Part shown: piece after piece, positions 42,612 to 51,676 of the stretch
How the letters are laid out: every line of letters starts with the position of its first letter
How positions within the stretch are numbered: the first letter of the stretch is position 1
NCBI GenBank assembly: GCA_027459825.1
Contig: DAIDGT010000003.1
Span: forward strand, 1,277-65,276
DNA: 64,000 bases
From: a bacterium
GTDB taxonomy: Bacteria; Patescibacteriota; Dojkabacteria; JAKAPS01; JAJZLI01
Direction: 5' to 3'
Program-made: the position numbers and the translations under genes
Notes under the pieces: model-generated
Told to the model about the DNA's origin: nothing
The model's database searches: none
What the model saw: the letters and a program-made list of their open reading frames with translations, nothing else

Positions 42612-42946
42612 ATATCAACATTTATAATATCAAAAAATGGACACACTGACGATATAGGAACTAATACAGAAAATGCGATAAGAAATAATATTGTAAGTAT
42701 AGTTAGAAAGCGATGGGAGATAGAGGTATTTCACAAAGAGCTCAAACAAACCTGTGGTTTGAAATGCTGCCAGGACTGAACAAGTCAGGCACAAAGAAAT
42801 CATATAGTACTTATCTGTATCAAGCAAGCCGTCCAACAAAAGTGGAACAATATATCCTTTTATCAACAACAGTGGAATACTATAACTGGATCCATTGTAT
42901 TTCAGATGAAAATTGAGTTAAATGACATGTAAGTGTGAAACTTGTT
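42612..42946 (+). mobile_element. IS701-like transposase C-terminal remnant (pseudogene)
   Basis: Unlisted frame reads SKNGHTDDIGTN...RWEIEVFHKELKQTCGLKCCQD*TSQAQRNHI with in-frame TGA at 42777. Confidence 0.8.
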
Positions 42947-42951
42947 GATCA

Positions 42952-43320
42952 ATGGTATTGTGTGTTTTATGTACTGTGGTTACTTATATACGTAGTTCTT
43001 CTGTAGGTAATAGTGCAAGTCATCATGTTGCATTCAATTCAACTTCTCAGTTAACAAATAAGTCTAAGCAAGTTCATAATAGTGTGAGTGCTACTACTCC
43101 CCAAAACCAACAAGTAAGTCAGCAGCCACCAATAGAAAATAACAATATTACTCTACCTAAATCACCACAGATTAGTTCTGTACCACAACCCATAAATAAT
43201 CCTCAACCTCCAGTGCCTTCTGAGTTATTTCTATTTTTAGACTTTTTTAAGAATTTTTGTAGTAAAAGACAAGAAAGTAGTAAATTTCGAACTAACAAAA
43301 GAGGCGTTGCCATTTGTTAA
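42952..43320 (+). CDS. Hypothetical P/Q/N-rich protein, probably a fragment
   Basis: Short hydrophobic start plus low-complexity linker, no folded domain. Confidence 0.35.
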   Translation: MVLCVLCTVVTYIRSSSVGNSASHHVAFNSTSQLTNKSKQVHNSVSATTPQNQQVSQQPPIENNNITLPKSPQISSVPQPINNPQPPVPSELFLFLDFFKNFCSKRQESSKFRTNKRGVAIC

Positions 43321-43354
43321 TTTGAAAGAATCTGTTCTGGTAAGTCCTAAACAA

Positions 43355-43426
43355 CTCCCCGACTAGGATTCGAACCTAGAACCTTCTCGTTAACAGCGAG
43401 CCGCTCTACCGTTGAGCTATCGAGGA
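43355..43426 (-). tRNA. tRNA-Asn (GTT)
   Basis: Reverse complement TCCTCGATAGCTCAACGGTAGAGCGGCTCGCTGTTAACGAGAAGGTTCTAGGTTCGAATCCTAGTCGGGGAG; no encoded CCA. Confidence 0.97.
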
Positions 43427-43462
43427 ATATGTAGAATATTGCCAATTATATCGTCTAAACTC

Positions 43463-44725
43463 TTATATTTCAATAATGGCTTTAGTCCATTTATTTTCTC
43501 TGCTTGTAATTGTTAAATCTCCTCCCAAAAGTCGCATAAAATTTAGAGAAAGGTAAAGTCCTAGTCCTGAGCCTTTATGATTTTCATTATTTGAAAATTT
43601 GTAATACTTTTCGAATAAGTGAGCTTTGTCCTGTTCTGGTATCCCTATTCCATGATCTTTTATCTTTATAAAATATCTTCCTTGTTTTTTATACAATGAT
43701 ATAAAAATGGTGGAATTGGGTTTTGAAAATTCTATGGCATTATCAAGTAGGTTTGATATGACATTTGCTATTTTATCTGGGTCTGTTGTTACTACACTTT
43801 GTTCCTCTTTAGGTTTAAATGTAATATTAATATTTTTCTTTGTAGCTTTTAATATGCTTTTCCCAACACTCTTATAAATTTGTAAATTTAAATTTGTATC
43901 TGTTTTGCTTACAAACAGCCTGTTTAAGTCTAATCTTGAAGTGTTTAGTATATCTTCGATGAAATTTCCTAGAGTATTTGATTGATTGCGTATATCTTGT
44001 ATTGCATCAATAATTTCTCTTGGAAGTTTTAAATACCCCTCATCTAGTGTTAAAAGTTCGAGATATCCTCTTAGGGCTGTAATGGGAGATCTTAGCTCAT
44101 GTGATGTTATTGATATAAATTCATCTCTTTGTTTATTAATATTTTCAAATTTCTCTTTCTTTTCTCTTTCAATATTATATTTTTCATTCACACCTTTAAC
44201 TATGATTATTAGTTTCCTTGATTCTATTGTTATTGTTATTAGCACAAACAAATCTATCATAAACATCCCAATAGTAAATGAAGAATATGCGTGGTGTAGA
44301 AGTATAAATAGAATTTCAGATGCTATTATAATAAGATTTGCTCCAATAAGATTGAAGTTTGTTGCATTTATATTAATAATTATACTTTCAAATAATAGTA
44401 CAAAGTTAATTACAAAGAATGGACTTTGTGGTCCTCCTGTAAGGTAAGATATACTAACAGATATAAGTATTAAAAAAATTATTTCTATTATATTTTTAAT
44501 ATGACTTTTTTTTCTTATTACATAATGAGTTATTACTATCTGGATTAATAATGTGGCTAGAATTATGAATATGTACTCTTGGAATAATGTTGGATATGCT
44601 ATGCGTATATTAGTTATTATATAAGATAACCCTAATGATGCTAAAAGTATAATCGATGTATATTTTAGTATAATTGAGATACCTTCTATTCTTTCCTGTT
44701 CTACTATGTTTTGACTTATTTCCAT
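43463..44725 (-). CDS. Membrane sensor histidine kinase, H-box intact
   Basis: 5-6 TMs, SHELRSP, NLLDNAIEF, DHGIGIP, GSGLGL. Confidence 0.9.
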   Translation of the reverse strand: MEISQNIVEQERIEGISIILKYTSIILLASLGLSYIITNIRIAYPTLFQEYIFIILATLLIQIVITHYVIRKKSHIKNIIEIIFLILISVSISYLTGGPQSPFFVINFVLLFESIIININATNFNLIGANLIIIASEILFILLHHAYSSFTIGMFMIDLFVLITITIESRKLIIIVKGVNEKYNIEREKKEKFENINKQRDEFISITSHELRSPITALRGYLELLTLDEGYLKLPREIIDAIQDIRNQSNTLGNFIEDILNTSRLDLNRLFVSKTDTNLNLQIYKSVGKSILKATKKNINITFKPKEEQSVVTTDPDKIANVISNLLDNAIEFSKPNSTIFISLYKKQGRYFIKIKDHGIGIPEQDKAHLFEKYYKFSNNENHKGSGLGLYLSLNFMRLLGGDLTITSRENKWTKAIIEI

Positions 44726-45987
44726 TTTAATATTTCTACTGTTACAGAAGTTCCAATACCTTCTGTGCTTTCAATCTTAATTGTTCCTCCCATTTTTTCA
44801 ACATATTCTTTGATTAAATAAAGTCCTTGTCCTGTTCCCTGTGATGTATTTGAAGCAACATTTGATGCTCTATAGTACTTTTGGAAAAGTTTGGATATAT
44901 CCTTTGATGGTATTCCTATACCATTATCTGAGACTACAATACTTACAGTATCTTCAGTATCTCTTTCTTCAAGTATAACCCTACCATTGTTATTCGTATA
45001 CTTTACCGCATTATCTAGTATATTTCTAAGCACCTCTTCTATTCTATTTTTATCAGCTTTTATTTCTATATTTTGGCTTTTTATGTATGATATTGAAATA
45101 TTTTTTTCTTTTGCTTTTAGTTCTATATATGATAGAGCATCATTTATAATTTCTGATAGATTCAATTTTTCAATTTTAAATTCTACATTTTCAATGTCGG
45201 TATTTGCATTCTGAAGCATATTCACAGAGAGATTTTTTAAAAGCATTGCATTAGTATTTGCCTTTGTTAAAACTTGCTGCATGTTTGTGTTTAATTTGTC
45301 ATGGTATTTTTGTAATACTTGGTTAATACTATCTTGTAATTTGGTTATAGGTTCCTGTAATTTTTCTGTTGACACTTTTAAAAATTCATTTTTTGACCTG
45401 TTTATATCTTCATTTTTTAACTTGATTGCCATCTCTTTTTCATACTGCAGAGATATTTTCTTATATATCTGTGAAAAGAAAAGTATTATGACTATAGCAA
45501 GGAGAGCTATTGTCCATAAAGAGACTTCCGTAGCTGATCTAAAATATACAGAATTATACTTAGGATCAAAATACAGATATACCATTTGGGCAAAGATGAC
45601 AAAAAAGTATAGTAGTAGCTCCCATGATGCTCTTGCCACTAAAACAAGGGTAAACCCCATAAGAGCATCTATTGGAAAAACTGGGTTATATACTCCGTTT
45701 GAGAATATCATTAATGCAAACATCCAGAAGAGGAATATAAATCCAGCAATTATTATTTTGTAGTGTATTGATTTTATTTTAACTATGTATATCCAAATTA
45801 TTGTGAATACACTAATTGATGTACAGTATATGACAGTAAATATTGTATGTTTTACATATATGCTACCGAATATTCCACTAAGAAGTACTATTAAATAAAA
45901 TAGTGATCCAATGTATACCGTTGTTCCAATAATTTTTAAAAATGATTTATCATCACTTTGATTTAAATAAGTATTTGTATCTTGCAT
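44716..45987 (-). CDS. Membrane histidine-kinase-like protein lacking the phosphoacceptor His
   Basis: H-box reads STEKLQEP; NILDNAVKYT, DNGIGIP, GTGQGL present. Confidence 0.88.
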   Translation of the reverse strand: MQDTNTYLNQSDDKSFLKIIGTTVYIGSLFYLIVLLSGIFGSIYVKHTIFTVIYCTSISVFTIIWIYIVKIKSIHYKIIIAGFIFLFWMFALMIFSNGVYNPVFPIDALMGFTLVLVARASWELLLYFFVIFAQMVYLYFDPKYNSVYFRSATEVSLWTIALLAIVIILFFSQIYKKISLQYEKEMAIKLKNEDINRSKNEFLKVSTEKLQEPITKLQDSINQVLQKYHDKLNTNMQQVLTKANTNAMLLKNLSVNMLQNANTDIENVEFKIEKLNLSEIINDALSYIELKAKEKNISISYIKSQNIEIKADKNRIEEVLRNILDNAVKYTNNNGRVILEERDTEDTVSIVVSDNGIGIPSKDISKLFQKYYRASNVASNTSQGTGQGLYLIKEYVEKMGGTIKIESTEGIGTSVTVEILKWK

Positions 45988-46073
45988 ACATTACTATTCT
46001 ATTTACTTTTTTATATTTTATCAATTAAATTTCATACTATAATTTTTATATTATTTGTTGTATAGAGTAGATA

Positions 46074-46967
46074 ATGGATAGTAACGATATTATGAAAAAG
46101 TATCTTAAAAGAATTGAAAGATTCTTTGATACTGAGAAAATAATTAATGAAAATATATCTTTAGAGTATATAACGAATTATTATCGTTCTAGTATATTGG
46201 CGTATAAGGTTTTACATACATTTAGAGGTTATATGCACATGGGGATCTCATTTGATGGTAAATACAAAGTTTCAGATTTACTTACATCAGTTAAGATTGT
46301 AGAGGAGTACATTAATAGTAGAAAGATTTCTCGTGTTTTAGAGCTTGCTTCAGGTAACGGTGTGAATAGTTCATATATTGCCTCACGAAACCCAGGGTTA
46401 GATATCATTGGTATTGATCTTTCTACAAATCCTAAAAAAAATGTAAACGGATATAGACATATAAATGGAGATTTTCATAATCTTAGTGTATTTCCAGATA
46501 AATCGTTTGATTTAATTTTTATTATAGAGGCTTTTTGTCATAGCCAGAATAAAGAGAAAGTGTTAGAGCAATGCTTCAATAAATTAAAGAAACATGGTTT
46601 GTTTGTTATCTTCGATGGATATTCCAGGAAGAGTAAATTATCTGATAAAGATATGAAAACCTCAGCTTTAATTTCAAAGTCAATGGCAGTAGACAGATTT
46701 ATAAGTTTAAAAGAGTTTAAAACTCTTGTAAAAGAATTTAATTTTAAAATAATTGAGGAGAAGGATTTTTCTTTAAATGTTTTGCCTAATGCTGAGAGAT
46801 TTAGGAAAATATCTAATGTATATTTTTCATCATATCTTTTCCATAAGGTGTTAACTAAAATTTTTCCAATGATTGAACTACAAAATTTAATAGCTTTAAA
46901 TCTATTATCTTTGTCGGTTAAGAATAATCTCCTTTGTTATTACATGCATGTTCTTGAAAAGAATTAA
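46074..46967 (+). CDS. Class I SAM-dependent methyltransferase (sterol/tocopherol-MT-like motifs)
   Basis: MHMG, VLELASGNG, GDFH, IEAFCH. Confidence 0.85.
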   Translation: MDSNDIMKKYLKRIERFFDTEKIINENISLEYITNYYRSSILAYKVLHTFRGYMHMGISFDGKYKVSDLLTSVKIVEEYINSRKISRVLELASGNGVNSSYIASRNPGLDIIGIDLSTNPKKNVNGYRHINGDFHNLSVFPDKSFDLIFIIEAFCHSQNKEKVLEQCFNKLKKHGLFVIFDGYSRKSKLSDKDMKTSALISKSMAVDRFISLKEFKTLVKEFNFKIIEEKDFSLNVLPNAERFRKISNVYFSSYLFHKVLTKIFPMIELQNLIALNLLSLSVKNNLLCYYMHVLEKN

Positions 46968-48202
46968 ATTGTTACTGTGGCTGTAGTTCCTTCATTCTCC
47001 TTGCTATCAATCTTTAACTCTCCTCCTATAAGATTTATGAAATTTAGTGATAAATAAAGCCCAAGTCCATCATCTGTATTTTGAGTATTATTGGATACTC
47101 TATAGAATTTTTCAAAAATGTGGGGTAGATCTTTTTCAGGGATTCCAATACCATGATCTATTACCTTTACTGTATGTATATTTCCTTCTTTTTGTACAGA
47201 TATTTTTATATTTCCTCCTTCATTTGAAAATTTGATAGCGTTATCTACTAGATTAAATAAGACTTCATATAATTTATCTGGGTCTGTATTGACCTTTGTT
47301 TCTTCTGTATTTTTTTCTACTTCTATATTTACATTTCTATCTATTTTCTGTTTATTTAATTGATTTACTACCTTGTATATTACTTGCTCTATATCTGTTG
47401 GAGTCTTATTAATAACAAGTCGTTTAAGCTCTATTCTTGATATGTTGAGAATATTCTCTATTAGTCTGTTTAATCTATCTGTTTCATTTGAGAGTATTGC
47501 AAGATCATCTTTAGTATCTTTTGGTAATGTTTCAAAATCCTTTTCTAGTGTTAATATTTGCAAGTATCCTCTAAGGGCTGTAATAGGTGATCGTAGTTCA
47601 TGTGATGCCATGGATATGAATTCATCTTTTTGGATATTTTCCTTTTCAATCTTTTGTGTTTCTGCTTTTGCAACCAAGTAATTTTTTTCTACTCTCGATG
47701 ATAAATTAAATCTTGTTTTGGAGACAAATACTATTGATATCTGTGCTACGACTTCGACAGAAAAGATAATCCAGTCTACGCTACTGTGTGGCATAAGGAG
47801 TATGTGTATAATCCCTTCTGTAATGATTATCATATTTAAAATTACTGGAATTATATAGTTTTTATCTATGATTAGTTCTTCAAATAGAAGTCCTAAGTAT
47901 AGAAGAAAGAAAGGGCTTTCAACACCTCCTGTTGTGTATATTACAGGGGTAATAATAATTGTGTCTATTACAACCTCTAATATACTTATTGATAAAGAAG
48001 TTTTTTTTATCCAGTAGTGAAATATTAATATTACAGACAGTATAAGAATAGTACTTATAGAATCTATATATATAGTAGGTTTTGTCTGTGCATACTGCAT
48101 GAAAGGTGGTATGAATGTGAGAAGTAAACCTAACGCAATTAAATAATTTAAAAATTTTATTGCACTAGCTATATTCTTGTTTTTTTCTAATTCTATTTCC
48201 AT
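46964..48202 (-). CDS. Membrane sensor histidine kinase, H-box intact
   Basis: SHELRSP, NLVDNAIKF, DHGIGIP; G2 box reads DDGLGL. Confidence 0.9.
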   Translation of the reverse strand: MEIELEKNKNIASAIKFLNYLIALGLLLTFIPPFMQYAQTKPTIYIDSISTILILSVILIFHYWIKKTSLSISILEVVIDTIIITPVIYTTGGVESPFFLLYLGLLFEELIIDKNYIIPVILNMIIITEGIIHILLMPHSSVDWIIFSVEVVAQISIVFVSKTRFNLSSRVEKNYLVAKAETQKIEKENIQKDEFISMASHELRSPITALRGYLQILTLEKDFETLPKDTKDDLAILSNETDRLNRLIENILNISRIELKRLVINKTPTDIEQVIYKVVNQLNKQKIDRNVNIEVEKNTEETKVNTDPDKLYEVLFNLVDNAIKFSNEGGNIKISVQKEGNIHTVKVIDHGIGIPEKDLPHIFEKFYRVSNNTQNTDDGLGLYLSLNFINLIGGELKIDSKENEGTTATVTI

Positions 48203-48203
48203 T

Positions 48204-49457
48204 TTATCCCTTCTGAAGTGAAAATATTACGCTTGTTCCTTTTTCGTATTCACTCTCTATGTGTATGTCTCCTCCCATTTTTTCTATATATTGTTTTACA
48301 AGATATAGTCCAAGACCATATCCCTGTTTTGTATTTGAGGCAACATTTGATGCTCTATAGAATTCTTCAAATATATGAGGAATATCCTGTTTAGGGATTC
48401 CAATACCATTATCTGATACATTGATAATAATCATTTTTTCTTTTTCATGTGTTGAAATTTGAATACTTCCTTCTGAATTGGTGTATTTTATTGCGTTATC
48501 AATTAGGTTTCTGATAACTTCTGAAATTTTACCTTTGTCTGCTCTAATAAAAACGTTATCCTCTACGTTTATTATAATGTTAATTTTTTTCTCAGATGCT
48601 TTAATGGATAACATCTCAGCAGTTTGTGTTATTAAATTTTTTAAATTTAGACTTTCTATATTAAACGGCTGGTTTTCAAGGTTAGATATATTAAGAAGAT
48701 TTTCTGAAAGTTCTTTTAATATTTGAGAGTTTCGTATAGTTTTATCTAATATATCCTTTATGTTTCCTGATATATGTTGATTATTCTTTTCTTTCGTTGC
48801 TATTATTTTATCTTGTAGTTGAGATATTGGGGATTTTAATTTCTTTGAAGCTATGTCTATAAAATTATCTTTTGCTTTTTTCAGTTCCTCATTTTTATTT
48901 TTTTCTTCTTGTTCTTTTTCAAACGTATTTGATAGAGTTTTATATGCTTTTGAATATTGGTATCCTACTGTTCCTATAAAAATTATAGATATAAAAGAAA
49001 TTGTTCCTATGTATAGGTTATAACTGCTACTGAATTTTGGGTTCAAAAGTATCAGTGTATAAAGTAGGGCAATGTACAGGGTATAGAAAATGAAATTTTG
49101 AATACTCTCAAGTCTTGAGAATGCAGCAAGGACAAGTAATACTATCATAGAAAGAAGGCCATTCTCAATTCCTGTTGTTATGTACATAAAAAGAAATGTT
49201 GCTGTAGTTATAACTAAGAAGTCTAGAGATATTTTAAATGATATTGATGTTTTCTTAAAAAAATTATGCCATATAATTTCATAGATTATTAAAAAGAGTG
49301 GTAGGTATGTATTTGCAGTTATGTTTTTTGTATATATACTTCCTGCTGCAGGAATATGAAATATTATGATGACTAGAATAAATATTGGGTAGGATATCCT
49401 CTCCATTGACTTTAGTAGCACATTATCTCTGTTTGCTTCTGCATCATATCCCTTCAC
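48204..49457 (-). CDS. Membrane histidine-kinase-like protein lacking the phosphoacceptor His
   Basis: H-box reads ASKKLKSP; NLIDNAIKYT, DNGIGIP, GYGLGL present. Confidence 0.88.
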   Translation of the reverse strand: MKGYDAEANRDNVLLKSMERISYPIFILVIIIFHIPAAGSIYTKNITANTYLPLFLIIYEIIWHNFFKKTSISFKISLDFLVITTATFLFMYITTGIENGLLSMIVLLVLAAFSRLESIQNFIFYTLYIALLYTLILLNPKFSSSYNLYIGTISFISIIFIGTVGYQYSKAYKTLSNTFEKEQEEKNKNEELKKAKDNFIDIASKKLKSPISQLQDKIIATKEKNNQHISGNIKDILDKTIRNSQILKELSENLLNISNLENQPFNIESLNLKNLITQTAEMLSIKASEKKINIIINVEDNVFIRADKGKISEVIRNLIDNAIKYTNSEGSIQISTHEKEKMIIINVSDNGIGIPKQDIPHIFEEFYRASNVASNTKQGYGLGLYLVKQYIEKMGGDIHIESEYEKGTSVIFSLQKG

Positions 49458-49487
49458 ATATTAAATATTACCAATTTTTCGCACATA

Positions 49488-50603
49488 TTAAAATTGTGCT
49501 TTGTGTATTTTATAGATTACCTTTAGTATTGTGTGAATATCCTCAGTTGTATTCTCATGTGAAAAGCTAAATCTTATAGATCTTTTTGCATCATCATCTG
49601 TCATTCCTATGGCCTTTAGGGTATGTGATGGTTCTATTGATAGTGCTGTACATGCAGAGCCCGCTGATGCTTCTATTCCCTCTCTATCTAAATTAATGAG
49701 AAGAGTTTCTGCAAGAATATCTTTAAAATATATGTTTGATATATCTGGTAATTTTTCCTCTGCTCCATTGATTCGTGATCCTGGAATTTGGGAGAGTATT
49801 TCTTTCTCGAATTCAGATTGTAAATTTTTGACGTATTTGTATCTTTCTTCTCTTTCATTTTTTAGTATTTCTACTGCTTTTGCAAAGCCTACAATTAGGG
49901 CAGTACTCTCAGTTCCTCCTCTCATTTTGTATTCTTGCTCTCCTCCTGTAATCATAGGTTTTATCTGTGTCTGTCTCTTTATGTATAGTGCTCCAATTCC
50001 CTTTGGGCCATGTATTTTATGAGATCCAAATGTAATTAAATCTGCATCTGTTTCCATGATATTTTCATATTTAAATGATTGCATAGCATCTGTGTGGACA
50101 GGAATACCTTTCTCGTGCGCTATTTGAGATATTGCTTTTATATCTTGCAGAGTTCCTATTTCTGAGTTTGCATGTATTATTGATATAAGCACTGTATCAT
50201 CTCTTATATTATTTTTTACATCTTCTGTGGAAATGTGTCCCATGCTGTCAGGATCTATATAGGTAATGTGTCTATTTTCAGATATTTCTGATATTGGTTT
50301 TAAGATAGAGTCATGTTCAATAGCTGATGTTATTACGTGACCTTTATTTTTTAATGTCATACCTTTAATTGCAAGGTTGTTACTTTCAGTACCGCCTGAT
50401 GTAAATACTATCTCTTGAATGTCACAGCCTATGTATGATGCAATACACTCCCTCGATCTATCAATAGCTCTTCTTGATCTTTGCCCCATGGAGTGTATTG
50501 AGCTTGGATTTGCAAATGTCTCCTTGAGATATGGCATCATCTCATCCAATACTCTTGGGTCTATTTTTGTTGTTGCTGCATTATCTGCATATATATATTT
50601 CAT
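49488..50603 (-). CDS. iscS: Cysteine desulfurase (IscS/NifS type)
   Basis: YADNAATT, NPSSIH, FTSGGTESNN, HKIHGPKG, SAGSAC. Confidence 0.93.
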   Translation of the reverse strand: MKYIYADNAATTKIDPRVLDEMMPYLKETFANPSSIHSMGQRSRRAIDRSRECIASYIGCDIQEIVFTSGGTESNNLAIKGMTLKNKGHVITSAIEHDSILKPISEISENRHITYIDPDSMGHISTEDVKNNIRDDTVLISIIHANSEIGTLQDIKAISQIAHEKGIPVHTDAMQSFKYENIMETDADLITFGSHKIHGPKGIGALYIKRQTQIKPMITGGEQEYKMRGGTESTALIVGFAKAVEILKNEREERYKYVKNLQSEFEKEILSQIPGSRINGAEEKLPDISNIYFKDILAETLLINLDREGIEASAGSACTALSIEPSHTLKAIGMTDDDAKRSIRFSFSHENTTEDIHTILKVIYKIHKAQF

Positions 50604-50674
50604 TGTGTCTATCTTAAAAACTTTATTTTTACAAGATAATATTATATCATTATACATATTGATATAAGTATTTT

Positions 50675-51529
50675 ATGGATAATAACAATACTCTGACACC
50701 AAATCAGGAGTTCAAAGTTCCTGAGAAGAGTGATTCAAATACAGATGGCAGTAATGATATAGGTACTAATAACAATCCTAACTCAAGTATTCATATCTCT
50801 GATCCTTATGATTATATTCTCAATACTCATAAGGTTCATGAGGTAGAAGAGAAAAATAATGTATCTGGTAATTCATCTAACACTACTGTTAATGCTAATT
50901 TACAGGAAAGTGATCATCAACCTTTGAATACACCTCCTGTTCCCAATATAGATGAAATGTTTTCTAAGCCTCATCAGGTAAATTTAGAGAATACTACCTT
51001 TTCTGTGGATCCTGTGGTTAATCCCCCTAAAGTTGAGCCACAGGAACAAGTAATACCTACTCCTCCTGAAGATGTATACTCTTCTGTGAAGTCTTCTGGT
51101 CAAGGTAATAATACTGTTTTTAATGTTGAGAGTAGTAATAGAAGTAGTACTGCTGCTGTGTCTAATAGTTCAGGGTCAAGCGATTCTCTTATAGAGGAAG
51201 TTGATAGTATAAAATCGGAAAATGTAATAGCAGCTTCTTCATATATACTTGTATTTGATCTTGTTACTTTTGTCTTATCTTTAATAAGAAAAGATAAATT
51301 TTTGCAATTCAATTCTGTTCAAAGCATCTTTTTTAATTTAACTTTTGTTATTGTATTTATCTTATTTAGAGTTTTATCTGCGAATTTCTTGTCGTTCTTC
51401 TTTACACTATTGAATATAGCCTTGTTTATTGTATGGCTTGTTATGAGTATATTTTTAATGTATAAGGCGTATAATGGTGAAAAATTTTGTTTTTCATTTT
51501 TTGGAAGAATTGCTAATACCCTTTCTTAA
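50675..51529 (+). CDS. DUF4870-like membrane protein with a long disordered N-terminus
   Basis: N/S/P-rich N-terminus; AASSY...FLQFNSVQS...KAYNGE, three TMs. Confidence 0.7.
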   Translation: MDNNNTLTPNQEFKVPEKSDSNTDGSNDIGTNNNPNSSIHISDPYDYILNTHKVHEVEEKNNVSGNSSNTTVNANLQESDHQPLNTPPVPNIDEMFSKPHQVNLENTTFSVDPVVNPPKVEPQEQVIPTPPEDVYSSVKSSGQGNNTVFNVESSNRSSTAAVSNSSGSSDSLIEEVDSIKSENVIAASSYILVFDLVTFVLSLIRKDKFLQFNSVQSIFFNLTFVIVFILFRVLSANFLSFFFTLLNIALFIVWLVMSIFLMYKAYNGEKFCFSFFGRIANTLS

Positions 51530-51588
51530 TTATTCCTATAGGATCATTTATTTTTTGATGTTTGATATAATGATAATCTAAATGATTT

Positions 51589-51661
51589 GACGACGTATCC
51601 GAGTTGGTTCAGGACGCGGTCTGCAAAACCGTATACATGGGTTCGAATCCCATCGTCGTCT
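51589..51661 (+). tRNA. tRNA-Cys (GCA)
   Basis: GACGACG acceptor stem pairs with CGTCGTC; CTGCAAA anticodon loop; GGTTCGAATCC. Confidence 0.96.
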
Positions 51662-51676
51662 TTTTAGTAAATATAT

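Noticed and set aside
42630..42916. ORF-track entries 42630-42869 (-) and 42713-42916 (+) as genes
   Set aside because: Both overlap the transposase remnant, which is in another frame
43338..43350. GGTAAGTCCTAA next to the tRNA-Asn 3' end as an IS end or att site
   Set aside because: Short match with no partner repeat found in the window
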